A stretch of DNA of 64,000 nucleotides from Nemertoderma westbladi (lineage: Eukaryota; Animalia; Xenacoelomorpha), in NCBI GenBank assembly GCA_032718475.1, contig JAUCBJ010007841.1, positions 6,950 through 70,949 on the forward strand, in the 5' to 3' direction. Positions 62,218 to 64,000 of the stretch are shown piece by piece; position 1 is the first letter of the stretch, and every line of letters starts with the position of its first letter. Both the position numbers and the translations under genes were made by a program. The notes under the pieces are model-generated. The model worked only from the letters and a program-made list of their open reading frames with translations, had not been told where the DNA came from and searched no databases.

Positions 62218-63799
62218 CTGCAATGAAAGGAAAAAAAGTATGTCTATAAACTTTTGTAAAGGAAGAATATTGCAAGGAACTTGACCTTTCTGGTCGATAT
62301 ATAAAGAGTAATGATTTGTTGCTTATTCAAAATTAACTTTATCTCAGTTAATGAGCATCTGAAACTCCCGTAATTGGGTCTTTTGGGAATTCGGGATCGG
62401 TTGTTTTTAGGACAAAAATATCTCGCGTATTAAATTGCGTGTTATTTCAGGAAATATAGTTTTATTGATTGAACGCTGCCCACCCCCACCTCAGGATACA
62501 ATTAGAAGCGCAAAATCGAATCATTCCCTTCAAGTAATGTAATAATACTATTATTATATTATAAGTAATAAGTGGTACTATTTGCAGCATATTTGGGGGG
62601 GAGGGGGGGACTTGACGAAATACATTCAATAAAAAAGTTAAAAAATTGTATTTTTAATGTTTTGCTGCATTGGTGTAAGCAAAGGGGGAATGAAACAAAG
62701 ATCGCATCTATTGGCGCCTGTTTCTCTATTTAAACATTTCATTTGCTACACAATTATTACATAATATATATTTATAATTAAATTATTCCTCAACAAACCT
62801 GAAGATATACTACAGGTTGGTGTAGCAACTGACAACTGGAGGGCTTATCGCGACCAGAAGGTCATTAGGGGGAGGGGTGCTGGCGGCTGGGCTGGATGTG
62901 GTATTAAGTAAATAATTATATGTTAATTATTAATTTATATTCGGAAATATATACAAAAAAACTACGAATAGACCACAAATAGAAGCAAAAGAATTCTGTA
63001 GCGAAACAGAAATGGGATAATTACACCTACACACATGCACAGACACACTCACATCCCAACTACAGTACAGTAGAAGGACATTTACGTAAACATAAGAACT
63101 ACACCCACAATTCACAAAAAAAGAACCAGGAGACCGATTGTCCGGGAGACCGATAAGATTGTCACAGGCAACCCCTAGGACCAACCTGGAGGCACTAACC
63201 AGCCTCTGGTTGGATGGATATACATACAAGGGCCCGCGTCCGGGTATTTACAAATTGGATCAAAGATAGTTCGCAACAATGAAAAATTACACGATCAAAG
63301 TTGACAAAATTAAAATGTGATAAAGTTGACATTTTTTGAATAAAGGGACCACCCACTGGAAGGTTACTACCAAATTGAAGCTGATTTTGGAACAAGGTAA
63401 CGTGCGCGCTCACTTTGTGGTTCGCTTCGTATTGTTAAGTAGGCCTTACATAGTAATGGAAATTAACTGTTTGCGAGTAATATTGAAAACAAAATTGTTT
63501 ATTCATTTGAATTCCAAGCGTGCGCTTAGCATCTAAAAAAGAGATTCATTCGTCTAGAATAAAGTAATGGATTTTCATACAATATACACTATGGCGTCAT
63601 TGAAATTCAAGAGACACTCAAATTCCCTTAGTGTAAACGGATTTATCTGCTTATCCGAAATCTTAATAGTATCAACTCTGTATCCTGAGAGCGATAATTG
63701 TTAATCTTTTGTGTTAAATCTTAAACCTCGTCTCGTGATCAGATTATCCGAATTCGCTAGCGGAAGGTTAGATCAACCCAGTGTATGGTGCCTTGCCCC

Positions 63800-63960
63800 C
63801 ATAGGCGTAGGAGGCAGGGGGGGGGGGGGCTGCAGCACCCCCAGTGAACCAAAAGTGGGGGCGACAAATCAGAAAAGGGGGAGATCCGACGAGGGAGAAT
63901 GTGGCGAAAAATACAATCAATGGGGAAGAAAGGGAAGAGAGTCGAAAAGAAAAGCAATAG
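63800..63960 (+). mobile_element. Possible terminus of a non-autonomous hAT-like element
   Basis: CATAGGCGTAGGAGG...G-run...CTGCAGCACCCCC resembles common hAT-MITE ends; partner end not seen. Confidence 0.35.
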
Positions 63961-64000
63961 TTTATAGAACGCGAATATGCCATTAAGGTCTATTAATAGT

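Noticed and set aside
63225-63290. Candidate upstream ACTMAP exon (PICKYPDAGP followed by GTATGT)
   Set aside because: Donor phase does not match the acceptor at 62217; there is an in-frame stop shortly upstream and no acceptor

Overview
AT-rich, repeat-dominated eukaryotic (most likely invertebrate animal) genomic DNA. Host-type genes: an intronless ~700-aa protein with Pro/Gln repeats and four cold-shock-like domains bracketed by inverted repeats (9595-11685, -), a neuropeptide precursor with four SNW-x5-W peptides (22013-22309, +), and a large last exon of an ACTMAP/C19orf54-like protease (61440-62217, -). The rest is mobile DNA: an apparently intact piggyBac (27733-30396), LINE and SINE fragments, minisatellites, fold-back elements, and a nested stack at 35253-56497 (RTE-like LINE > 20.3-kb BEL/Pao LTR element > Gypsy element lacking its 3' LTR > TIR MITE). 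The three most unusual observations are: (i) the BEL element has no tRNA primer site but has an 11-nt site perfectly complementary to its own LTR, in Tf1-like self-priming geometry; (ii) the same element carries an extra ORF that looks like a DEDDy 3'-5' exonuclease plus zinc knuckles; (iii) the Gypsy integrase ends in a PWWP-like domain where chromoviruses carry a chromodomain. All domain calls are by-eye motif recognition; no database searches were run.
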